31,024 nt of DNA from Gemmatimonadales bacterium. GTDB taxonomy: Bacteria; Gemmatimonadota; Gemmatimonadetes; Gemmatimonadales; GWC2-71-9. Under the pieces are notes generated by a model, which saw only the letters and a list, made by a program, of their open reading frames with translations, had not been told where the DNA came from and searched no databases. The position numbers and the translations under genes are program-made. This document shows positions 20,116-27,498 of this stretch, one piece after another (position 1 is the stretch's first letter; each line of letters opens with the position of its first letter). The stretch covers positions 1 through 31,024 of the forward strand of contig JBBQFH010000034.1 of assembly GCA_038321865.1 (NCBI GenBank), in the 5' to 3' direction.

Positions 20116-21751
20116 AGAGACCAATACCCGGAACCTGTCGGATTCGAAGGGTGAGAGTCCGCTTGTGCTTATCAACGGTCGCGGAGGCGAGCCACGGCCG
20201 CACCAGCTCGCGGAGCGCGGAACCGGACAGGCGTTTGGCGACGGTACTGAAGTCGGCGGCGAGCTTCATGAGGGAGTTCCGCTCACTCGCAAATCCGGTG
20301 GCGCGCTGGCTGGCGAATCGCTGGCGCTCGGCATCGGCTTCAAGCTGCGACTCCCGCGCCCGCAGGGTCGCAATTCGGTCCCGCACCTCCTCGTCGGACA
20401 GCAGCTGCCGGGCGACAGCATCCACCAGCCGTTCGCGCTCGAGCTTGATGCGGGTGCCCTCGGCCTTTCGCTGTGCGCGCTGCGCGTCGGGATCCGGTAG
20501 CACCGCCGCTGAGGCCGCATCGAAGGCGCGTCCGATCGCCTCCTGGACCGCGGGCTGGCTGACCACCTTCGCGATCGCCTCGATCACCTTTGGTTCGATG
20601 ATTCGACGTTGCAGAGTGCCAAGCTGACCCGGACACCCGCCGTACCGCCGATCTCCGCCGCGATCGCGATAGAAGCGGTACCGGTCGGGGTCAGTCGGCG
20701 GCCCCTTCGGACCTCCTGATCCGATATACGGCTGCCCGCAGTGCGCACAGGTGAGCACGCCGGTTAAGAGGTATTCGGAAGGCGCCGCTTGCCGCCGGGC
20801 ACCGTTCGCGCTGCGCTGGGCCTCAACACGTGCGAACAGATCGCGCGTGATCAGAGGTGGATGGGCGTCGCGGCAGATCACCCACTCGGCTTTGGGACGC
20901 ACGGCGCTCTCGAGGCGCTCTTCGGCGTCGTGCGGCCGGCGGCACCAAATCACGTCGCCGACGTACGCAGGATTCCGCAGTACCGCGTTGGCCGTCGCAC
21001 GGGACCAGGCACGGGATGGCCACCGCTGTTCGAGCTCTCGCACCAGCGCGCCCAGGGACACCGCGCCACTCGCGTAGCGCTCCATCATCCAACCGATCAG
21101 CGCGACTTCTTCGGCAGGGCCAGGCGTGAGCCGCACCCGCTCGCCGCCACCCTTCCGCTGCCCGACGTTTAGGATCCGGCGTTGTCCCGTGCCGCTGTCG
21201 ATTGCTTCGCGGCGATAGCCGATCGGCGCTTCATTCTGCCAGAATCCGAGTGCCGCGGTCCCCCGTGCGCCGCGCTTGGCGTTCGCCTTGATCGCTTCGC
21301 GGTAAATCGTGGCTTGGCTCTGATGCATGAAGCGGGTGATCCCCCGCACGAGGCTATCACCGGACTCGTCGGCCTCCGCAAAGCGGACGATCCACCCGTA
21401 GCGCTTCTTCAGCTCAAAGCGCCACCACGTCGCCTCCTCCGGGTCATCGAACCGCCCCCACCGGCTGTCATTCAACACGAGCACCGTGCCGGGAGACCGC
21501 GTCGGGCGGGGATGGGCTTTGCAATACGCTTCGAGCGCCATGAAGCCTGGGCGATTTTCGGCGCGACCACCCGAGGCGCCGGGATCCTCGAAGGTGGCCA
21601 CGAGCGCGAGGCCGGAGCGCAGCGCGAGCGCGTCGATCGCCTGCCGCTGTTGGGTGAGGCTCGTGCGATCGTCGCGCGCCTGTTCATCGGTGGACACGCG
21701 GACATAGCCGATGGCAGGACTGCTGGCGTCGGGCAGTGGGGCAGGGTTCAT
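20081..21751 (-). CDS. Large serine recombinase (resolvase + recombinase + Zn-ribbon/coiled coil)
   Basis: [10 protein letters not shown] catalytic Ser, [43 protein letters not shown], coiled coil. Confidence 0.96.
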   Translation of the reverse strand: MNPAPLPDASSPAIGYVRVSTDEQARDDRTSLTQQRQAIDALALRSGLALVATFEDPGASGGRAENRPGFMALEAYCKAHPRPTRSPGTVLVLNDSRWGRFDDPEEATWWRFELKKRYGWIVRFAEADESGDSLVRGITRFMHQSQATIYREAIKANAKRGARGTAALGFWQNEAPIGYRREAIDSGTGQRRILNVGQRKGGGERVRLTPGPAEEVALIGWMMERYASGAVSLGALVRELEQRWPSRAWSRATANAVLRNPAYVGDVIWCRRPHDAEERLESAVRPKAEWVICRDAHPPLITRDLFARVEAQRSANGARRQAAPSEYLLTGVLTCAHCGQPYIGSGGPKGPPTDPDRYRFYRDRGGDRRYGGCPGQLGTLQRRIIEPKVIEAIAKVVSQPAVQEAIGRAFDAASAAVLPDPDAQRAQRKAEGTRIKLERERLVDAVARQLLSDEEVRDRIATLRARESQLEADAERQRFASQRATGFASERNSLMKLAADFSTVAKRLSGSALRELVRPWLASATVDKHKRTLTLRIRQVPGIGLFSVMGGSPGRG

Positions 21752-21909
21752 GCGGCTTCCAGGGGTGTGGCCGGCTGGCCAGGGACAGGCAGACCTTCCA
21801 GCTCAAGAATAGCCGCGAAGTACTGCTGTGCCCACCGCTCGAGGTCGATCGGAGCGGCGTCAATCACGAGATCGATTGAGACGGCTGGACGCCGGCGGCG
21901 CGCACTCAC
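21748..21909 (-). CDS. Small protein (53 aa) coupled to the recombinase; candidate recombination directionality factor
   Basis: GTG start overlaps the rep stop (GTGA); its TGA overlaps the recombinase ATG (ATGA); sequence MSARRRRPAVSIDLVIDAAPIDLERWAQQYFAAILELEG...PLEAA. Confidence 0.6.
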   Translation of the reverse strand: MSARRRRPAVSIDLVIDAAPIDLERWAQQYFAAILELEGLPVPGQPATPLEAA

Positions 21910-22706
21910 CGTGGCGGCCCTGCGCCGAGCAACGCACTGATAGGCAGAGGGGCAGTGGCCGGTCGGCGGAGTCGGGCGCGCGGTGCATCGAGGATTACAC
22001 GCCAATCCGACGCGGTGTCTCTGTCCTCCCGCCCATCGTGTGCGATGGCTCTGTCCTCCCTCTCACACTCTCCCTCAGAGGTCAGAGCGTTCATTCGAAC
22101 GGGGGAGAAGTCAGAGATCCTCGTTTGAGAATCCTCCGGGTCACCCCCCCGGGTGACATTCGAGCCTTCGGCGGCGCTGACGGGGGTGACGATCGCGCCC
22201 GAGACGCCGCTCCGGGGGGTGACATTCGCGTGCGGCGCCGGCAGGCTGACAGTCACCGCCCCCGGTGACATTCCGGATCGCTTCTCGCCGCGCCGCCCAT
22301 GGAGCATCGTCACCACCCCCGGTGACATTGGCTTGCGTGCGGACCGTGCAGCAGCCACGGCGCGATCGAGGCGCGCGGCCAAGAATCCGACCTGTTCGAC
22401 GCTGAGCTCTTTCGTCGTCGGTTCACATCCATCCGGCAGGGTCACGTACCATGACGCAGTGCGCCGGCCGCCGCGTGCGGCCACCAGGAGGCCGAGGCCG
22501 ATTAGCTCCTGCCGGCGCTTCTCGACGGCCGGTTCCGAGAGACCAATACGTGCCGCCAGGCTCCGCGCGGAAATGAACGCCCCCTGCTCGCCTTGGTCGA
22601 GCGTATGCAGCTCGAGCCAGATCGCCTTCTGCGGCCAAGTGAGCTTCGTGGTTGCCTTCACCACCCGCGAGGCGATCCACAACGGCTTATCGGGGCGGCT
22701 CACCAC
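21906..22706 (-). CDS. Winged-HTH phage-type replication initiator
   Basis: LTWPQKAIWLEL...GAFISARSLAARIGLSEPAVEKRRQELIGLGLL N-terminal wHTH; low-complexity middle containing iteron-like repeats; EGECEREDR tract. Confidence 0.7.
   Translation of the reverse strand: MVSRPDKPLWIASRVVKATTKLTWPQKAIWLELHTLDQGEQGAFISARSLAARIGLSEPAVEKRRQELIGLGLLVAARGGRRTASWYVTLPDGCEPTTKELSVEQVGFLAARLDRAVAAARSARKPMSPGVVTMLHGRRGEKRSGMSPGAVTVSLPAPHANVTPRSGVSGAIVTPVSAAEGSNVTRGGDPEDSQTRISDFSPVRMNALTSEGECEREDRAIAHDGREDRDTASDWRVILDAPRARLRRPATAPLPISALLGAGPPR
22140..22329. repeat. Five iteron-like repeats, consensus GTCAC-N8-GTGAC(ATT); putative replication origin
   Basis: GTGAC half-sites at 22153, 22186, 22219, 22265 and 22322; perfect GTCAC partners at 22140, 22252 and 22309; degenerate partners GGCGC (22173) and GCCGC (22206). 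Confidence 0.8.
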
Positions 22707-22777
22707 GGTTGCTCACCGGAACGGTCCGCGCGTGGCTCCGACTGCGGCAGTGCAAGGCCGTTGATTCTCCGCGTCAC
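22700..22777 (-). CDS. 25-aa micro-ORF linking HNH and rep
   Basis: GTGA overlaps at both ends; MTRRINGLALPQSEPRADRSGEQPW. Confidence 0.4.
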   Translation of the reverse strand: MTRRINGLALPQSEPRADRSGEQPW

Positions 22778-23394
22778 GCGGAGCGCTCCGCCGGCCAGTA
22801 CTCGCCGGCGGCCACGTCGGTGAGGTGTCGAACGGAAACCCCGTGCCGATTGGCGATCTCCTCGAGCACTGCGAGGGGGGCTGGAGCCGCTCGAAGCGCG
22901 CGCACGGTAGCGAGCGTCAGCTTCGCGCGACCGTTACCCGCGCCGGTGCAGAGACGGCCTTTTTCCTTGGCGTCCCGCATGTTGTCAGTCGCGGTGCCAA
23001 GAAACAGGTGCGCGGGCCGGACGCAGAGCCGCACGTCGCAGCGGTGGCACACCTGAAGCTCCGCCGGCGGCCACTCGCCCGTCGCCATCCACCACGCGGC
23101 GCGATGCGCGTTTTCAGTGCGCCCGCGAAGGCCGACCGAGCCGTACCCGCGGCTCTGACGCGCGCCGCGCCACAACCAGCATTCGCCCGCCTCTCGATCG
23201 ATGTGGCGCACGAACCGTTCGAGTTCGCGAGCCGTGGGCGGCGTCTGCGGTGGCGCCGTCCGCCGCGCCGGGCCAATGCGTCGAGGCGCCGAAGACTCCT
23301 GACTTGGATCGGTCAGTGTGAGCTGGCGCAGCGTTCGCGATTGCGCGGAAGCCGTACGCCGGCGCTCGGCTGAGAGCGCGTCGCGGTAGTTCAT
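22774..23394 (-). CDS. HNH endonuclease (phage HNH_3 type)
   Basis: ECWLWRGA..SRGYG, AHRAAW, VCHRCDVRLCVRPAHLFLGTATDNMRD, NGRAKLT plus C-terminal HTH. Confidence 0.92.
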   Translation of the reverse strand: MNYRDALSAERRRTASAQSRTLRQLTLTDPSQESSAPRRIGPARRTAPPQTPPTARELERFVRHIDREAGECWLWRGARQSRGYGSVGLRGRTENAHRAAWWMATGEWPPAELQVCHRCDVRLCVRPAHLFLGTATDNMRDAKEKGRLCTGAGNGRAKLTLATVRALRAAPAPLAVLEEIANRHGVSVRHLTDVAAGEYWPAERSA

Positions 23395-23498
23395 ACCGGC
23401 CGTGCCGGTCGAAACAACGCACCCAGGGCCGCCGCGCAGGATTCAGCCCGGCGCAGCCGCGCCGCGGACGACCTGGCTCGGGACGCGGCGCACGTCAT
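23391..23498 (-). CDS. 35-aa micro-ORF
   Basis: ATG 1 nt after the upstream stop; TGA overlaps the HNH ATG (ATGA). Confidence 0.35.
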   Translation of the reverse strand: MTCAASRARSSAARLRRAESCAAALGALFRPARPV

Positions 23499-23499
23499 C

Positions 23500-23694
23500 T
23501 CAGGCGGCCGTGCTGGCGGCCGCGCGCGCAGCGTCGCGCAACACGCGTTCGACGTCTTCCTTGGCTACGAACCAGCGGCTACCGCGCCGCTCGGATCGCA
23601 GCAGGCCAAGCTGCACCAAGCCATGGACCGACTGCGACCGCTGCTTCAGGGCAATCGCTGCGTCGGGCAACGGTATCCACGTGGGCCTGCGCAT
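23500..23694 (-). CDS. Excisionase-like (HTH_17/MerR-like) DNA-binding protein
   Basis: WIPLPDAAIALKQRSQSVHGLVQLGLLRSERRGSRWFVAKEDVE; GGAGG RBS 5 nt upstream. Confidence 0.8.
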   Translation of the reverse strand: MRRPTWIPLPDAAIALKQRSQSVHGLVQLGLLRSERRGSRWFVAKEDVERVLRDAARAAASTAA

Positions 23695-23736
23695 TGCAAC
23701 CTCCGCGAGAGAGAGCGAGCGCGAAGGTGGCAGGCG

Positions 23737-23849
23737 GCGGCAAGTGCCGCAAGCCGATAAATATCGGCGTCGGCGAGCGTGCTACTGTAGCACGCTCTAC
23801 GTGCGACTTTTGTTACAATGCAACAGGGCCATTGGCCCTATCGATTAGG
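23737..23849. repeat. Cluster of adjacent inverted repeats in an intergenic region
   Basis: GCGGCA-AG-TGCCGC; GCCGATA-AA-TATCGGC; GAGCGTGCTAC-T-GTAGCACGCTC; TGTTACA-A-TGCAACA; AGGGCCA-T-TGGCCCT; CCTA-TCGAT-TAGG. Confidence 0.85.
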
Positions 23850-23888
23850 CACCAAACGACTGAACGGCCGACGAGCCCACGGAGACCG

Positions 23889-24173
23889 TCAGTGCTCAAG
23901 GCGGAGAATCGGCGTCGATGGGGCGGACAGCCCAGCCCCGTCGGCGACATCGTTGCGCGCCACGATCTCATCAAGCGACTCGCGGTGGAACGCGAGCAGC
24001 TCGAGCAGCGTCTCAACGTCGAGCGCGACCTCAACTACGACGGGCCGCCCCTCGCGCGTGCGCCGATACACGATCAGTGACCCCGCCGGCAGGCGTAGCT
24101 GCGGGAGGTTGATATCGGTGAGCACTTCGTAGATGGCGTTGATTGGCGCCACCGCATGCGCGGGCTCAGACAT
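23889..24173 (-). CDS. Hypothetical protein, paralog of 24345-24617
   Basis: GAGG RBS before ATG 24173 (alternative GTG at 24203); shared YEVL.DI / LIVYR / ELLA motifs. Confidence 0.75.
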   Translation of the reverse strand: MSEPAHAVAPINAIYEVLTDINLPQLRLPAGSLIVYRRTREGRPVVVEVALDVETLLELLAFHRESLDEIVARNDVADGAGLSAPSTPILRLEH

Positions 24174-24199
24174 ACGCGCCTCGTCGAAAGGGGAAGGGG

Positions 24200-24352
24200 T
24201 CACCGCGTCGAGTTCTCGGCGCGAGCCGCGTAAATCTTGACGACCATCGCGTAGTCCACGCCGTTCCAGCCGAACGCCATTTCGACCGACCCTGCGCCGC
24301 GCGGCGCAGGCGAGTGGCCGCCGTGCCTGGGTACCGAAGGAGGTTCAGCCAG
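24200..24352 (-). CDS. Possible small hypothetical protein (start uncertain)
   Basis: Open frame fills the gap between the two paralogs; VEMAFGWNGVDYAMVVKIY; GTGA overlap at its 3' end. Confidence 0.4.
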   Translation of the reverse strand: MAEPPSVPRHGGHSPAPRGAGSVEMAFGWNGVDYAMVVKIYAARAENSTR

Positions 24353-24617
24353 GCAGTAGGCGAAGGTGCGTCCGCGTCTCGGCAGCGCCGCGCTCAACGC
24401 CTTCCACGGAGCTCCCGGAGATCTGCTCAATGTCCAGGCGCCGGGCGAGGAGTTCGCAAAGGTCCGCGCGACTGAGCGGCACTTCCGCGACCACGTCCCG
24501 AGTGGGATGGCCGGGGCGATAGACGATAAGCGTCTGCGCCGGCCACAGCTGTCCGCCGACCCGGATGTCGCGCAGTACCTCGTAGACCGCCACCACTTCC
24601 TCAGTCTCCTGCCGCAT
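24345..24617 (-). CDS. Hypothetical protein, paralog of 23889-24173
   Basis: GGAGG RBS; MRQETEEVVAVYEVLRDI...TLIVYR...ELLA. Confidence 0.78.
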   Translation of the reverse strand: MRQETEEVVAVYEVLRDIRVGGQLWPAQTLIVYRPGHPTRDVVAEVPLSRADLCELLARRLDIEQISGSSVEGVERGAAETRTHLRLLPG

Positions 24618-24631
24618 GGCTGCCTCCGGTG

Positions 24632-24853
24632 CTATCGGGTGAGTGGGGAATCCTGGTCGAGCGGCCCGCCGACCTCGCGCGCCTTCCACCAGGCCAGCAC
24701 TTCGCTCGCGTAGTAGACGATCAGCGTGCGGCGCTTCGGGCCGTTGCCGACGTACCGGTGCTTGGGACAGTCGGAGTTCCGGATGAAGCGCACGCTCACG
24801 CCCAGGAGGACGGCCACCTTCCACGACTTGATCGGCGGCTCGCCCGGGATCAT
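24632..24853 (-). CDS. Small HTH protein (AlpA/excisionase-like)
   Basis: KVAVLLGVSVRFIR, CPKHR, VYYASEVLAWW pattern; ATGA coupling to the upstream gene. Confidence 0.65.
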   Translation of the reverse strand: MIPGEPPIKSWKVAVLLGVSVRFIRNSDCPKHRYVGNGPKRRTLIVYYASEVLAWWKAREVGGPLDQDSPLTR

Positions 24854-25272
24854 GGGTTCACCACGGGCGCCGTCAGCTCCCGATAGATAGCCGGCGCCAT
24901 CGCGGCCACTTCCAGCAGGTCGGCCCTCAGCGCCCCTGAGAGGCACGCGGCCCGGCCGTGGGCCTCCGCGTCCACCGCGACGCGATTGCGCCCGCCACGG
25001 GCCGCCGGTGCGGCCATTCGGCCGTGATCGGCGGTGTGGGCGAGGTCGCGGGTGCGGAGCTCGTCCTCGAGGCGGAGCAGCTCCTCGTCGATCGCGCGGG
25101 CGCTCGGTCCGACTGGTTTACCATCCTTCCCTGCCTGCAGGGCGAGGATCCGGCTACACTCCATCAGCGCGGTGATGCGGCCGCAGAGTTGCGGGTGGGT
25201 CAGCTCGGCGCGATAGACGGTCGAGTCTGATGGGTCGGCGCCGGCGGGTTCGTCGCGGCCGAAGCTGGACAC
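24850..25272 (-). CDS. Hypothetical protein, first gene of the leftward operon
   Basis: GAGGAG RBS before GTG at 25272; coupled to the downstream gene. Confidence 0.6.
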   Translation of the reverse strand: MSSFGRDEPAGADPSDSTVYRAELTHPQLCGRITALMECSRILALQAGKDGKPVGPSARAIDEELLRLEDELRTRDLAHTADHGRMAAPAARGGRNRVAVDAEAHGRAACLSGALRADLLEVAAMAPAIYRELTAPVVNP

Positions 25273-25397
25273 GGTCGGGCTCCTCTGGTTCCGAAAGGCG
25301 CCGACCGTTATACTGTCGATGCCCCTCAGGGGGGTGTTGGTCAGAGGCGGTCCGCTCTTCCTTTGCCGGGGTGCGGGCCGTCTCGCTTGATGGGTGG

Positions 25398-25425
25398 AAT
25401 ATAACCAGATTTGGTAACCTGGCAA
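25398..25425 (-). promoter_or_regulatory. Leftward sigma70-like promoter overlapped by a palindromic operator
   Basis: TTGCCA-N16-TATATT; spacer contains the TAACCA-GATT-TGGTAA imperfect palindrome (25402-25417). Confidence 0.55.
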
Positions 25426-25445
25426 TATCGGGAATAGTGCCTAGT

Positions 25446-25679
25446 ATGAGAACTATGACACTTCGGGTGCAGGATCTCGCGGACGCGAAGGGCATCACCG
25501 CCTATCGACTGGCGGCCGATTCCGACAGGCGGATCAGTCAATCGGCCGCGTACCGGCTGCTTGACGGCTCGAAAAGCACCGTGAGCGCCCTCGAGGTTTC
25601 GGCGTTGTGCGAGGTTTTGGAAGTCGAACCCAACGACCTGTTTGTTTGGGATGCCGGCAAGCCGAGGAAGAAGTCGTGA
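25446..25679 (+). CDS. Xre/Cro-CI family HTH transcriptional regulator
   Basis: LRVQDLADAKGITAYRLA...ISQSAAYRL...ALCEVLEVEPNDLF; divergent from the leftward operon. Confidence 0.88.
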   Translation: MRTMTLRVQDLADAKGITAYRLAADSDRRISQSAAYRLLDGSKSTVSALEVSALCEVLEVEPNDLFVWDAGKPRKKS

Positions 25680-25716
25680 GACGCCGCACATTGGTTGCGG
25701 GCAGGCGAGTCGCTTG

Positions 25717-26679
25717 ATGACAAAACGGCATATAGCGGCCGCGGACCTCACTCCGCATGTCGCGGACGACGAGATCGTTGCGGTCACCGCGCTGATCCGA
25801 GCGAAGATCCTGCCCATGACGCGACTTGCCGCCGTCATCGAGCAGGTGGGCTCCGCAGTGAAGCTGGTGCAATTGTCGGAGGCGGATCGCCTCTTCGCAC
25901 CTGCGGATGCTTCGCACGACCTGGTCGGAGCCGTCACACCCGCCGACCTGACAAAGGCGGTCCGGGACCTGAGTGAGTGGCGATCCGAGCCCTATGCTAT
26001 CTCGACGGTGCTCGACGCCGGCTATCCGGAAGCATTGCTCGCGATCTTCAATCGCCCGCCCCTCCTGTTCATTCAAGGGAGCTGGATGGCGCCGATTGCG
26101 GAGCGTGCCGTCGCCGTCGTTGGGACGCGACGGGCAACACCCGAAGGAATCCGGCGTGCCGAACGACTCGCGAGCGAGCTTGTCGCTGCTCGTTTCACGA
26201 TTCTGTCGGGGCTCGCGGCAGGGATCGATAGTGCGGCCCACCGGACGGCACTTCGAACTGGCGGACGTACGAGCGCCGTCATGGGCACAGGCTTGCGGCG
26301 GCGTTTCCCGGCGGAGAACGTGCAGCTCGCGGACGACATTTTGGCGTCCGGCGGAGCGCTAATCTCTCAGTTCTTCCCGAATCAGCCGCCTGCCACGTGG
26401 ACGTTTCCGATGCGAAACGTCGTCATGTCAGGCCTCTCATTGGCGACGGTGGTCGTCGAGGCCGGCGCCACGTCCGGCGCGAGGCTCCAGGCGCGGGTGG
26501 CACTGCAACACGGCCGTACCGTGTTCTTGTTGGGTTCATTGGTGAAGGAACACGAATGGGCGCGCCGGTACGTCACCGAGGGAGCGTACGGCACTCGTGC
26601 GATCGAGGTGCACTCGCCCGACGACATTATCAGCCGGCTTGAGGGTGCGGTTGAACTTGACGCTATTCTTGCCGGGTAG
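25717..26679 (+). CDS. DprA/Smf (SLOG) family protein, ShosA-like
   Basis: YPEAL..I..PPLLF..G, AVVGTR, SGLAAGIDSAAH, LISQF.P, FPMRN.VMSGLS, VVEAG..SGA; no C-terminal wHTH of competence DprA. Confidence 0.92.
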   Translation: MTKRHIAAADLTPHVADDEIVAVTALIRAKILPMTRLAAVIEQVGSAVKLVQLSEADRLFAPADASHDLVGAVTPADLTKAVRDLSEWRSEPYAISTVLDAGYPEALLAIFNRPPLLFIQGSWMAPIAERAVAVVGTRRATPEGIRRAERLASELVAARFTILSGLAAGIDSAAHRTALRTGGRTSAVMGTGLRRRFPAENVQLADDILASGGALISQFFPNQPPATWTFPMRNVVMSGLSLATVVVEAGATSGARLQARVALQHGRTVFLLGSLVKEHEWARRYVTEGAYGTRAIEVHSPDDIISRLEGAVELDAILAG

Positions 26680-26681
26680 TT

Positions 26682-27410
26682 GTGGCTACCGCGGCCGAAC
26701 TTTTTGCCACGAGCCGGGCCGTCTTCGGCTCGATCCCTCACCAACGTGAATCTTACGTCTGTCCGACGTGCCTCGGCCCGGTCACCAACTATCAGCAGTG
26801 TTACGGCTGTAACCGCCTGTTCAATTCGGGCGTGCCGGCGCGGCTCTGGGATGTCATTGTGCCGATGACTAGCGTGCTGAACCCGAGTCCATGGTACGTC
26901 AAGCTATCAACGTACAAGCGCGGGTTCACTGAGCATGGAAAGACACTGGTTTCGCTCGCATATACCTACCTGACGGCGAACGCGACCCAAGTCGCTGCCG
27001 TACTTGGCGGCGACCCCGATGTATTCACGATCGTTCCCTCGAAGCGCGGCGTGGACTTCGCAACGCAGCCGCTGCGACGCACGCTCGCCCGCATCGAGTG
27101 GATTAAGGCGAGGCTAGCGCAAACACTGGTCTATCATGAGGGGACCGGCGCACAGCGGTGGGCGTACACGCCGAACGCCTTCACCGCCGGCCCGTACGAC
27201 GTTCGCGGGAAGCGCATCGTACTGATCGAGGATTCTTGGGTGACCGGTGCGACCGCCGTGAGCGCCGCGGGCGCACTGCTCGACTTCGGCGCGGAATCCG
27301 TGCTGGTCATGCCGATGGCGCGCGTCGTAGATGCGGGTTACTGGCCTGACGATCATCCATATCGGATCGCGATGGCTCGGCCATACGACGTCAGCGCGTG
27401 GCCCCGATGA
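26682..27410 (+). CDS. Zn-ribbon + phosphoribosyltransferase (ComF-like, ShosT-like)
   Basis: CPTC...CYGC N-terminal Zn ribbon; VPSKR; GKRIVLIEDSWVTGATAVSA PRPP-binding loop. Confidence 0.88.
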   Translation: MATAAELFATSRAVFGSIPHQRESYVCPTCLGPVTNYQQCYGCNRLFNSGVPARLWDVIVPMTSVLNPSPWYVKLSTYKRGFTEHGKTLVSLAYTYLTANATQVAAVLGGDPDVFTIVPSKRGVDFATQPLRRTLARIEWIKARLAQTLVYHEGTGAQRWAYTPNAFTAGPYDVRGKRIVLIEDSWVTGATAVSAAGALLDFGAESVLVMPMARVVDAGYWPDDHPYRIAMARPYDVSAWPR

Positions 27411-27498
27411 GCGATTCGATCACCAGGCTGAATAGTTTGCGGGTCCACCCAACCCGCGCAACGGCGCACGTTCCCCCGCGGCGTGTTGCGGCACCGAC

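Noticed and set aside
22140..22329. Repeats as a mini CRISPR array
   Set aside because: Units are about 18-21 bp, degenerate, irregularly spaced, inside a CDS, and no cas genes are present.
24700..24730. TLIVY segment in the small HTH protein matching the LIVYR motif of the paralog pair
   Set aside because: Similarity is limited to about 5 residues with no flanking alignment; probably chance.
25273..25425. TTG-started extension of ORF 24850-25425
   Set aside because: Runs through the predicted promoter and leader hairpin; the GTG at 25272 has a clear GAGGAG RBS.
25717..27410. Calling these the housekeeping competence genes dprA and comF
   Set aside because: Inside a mobile element with atypical composition; DprA lacks the C-terminal wHTH; the tandem arrangement matches the TA/defence type.
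27411..27498. Weak hairpin between the PRTase and methylase genes as an ncRNA or terminator
   Set aside because: Short imperfect stem, no U-tract, not distinguishable from background at this GC content.
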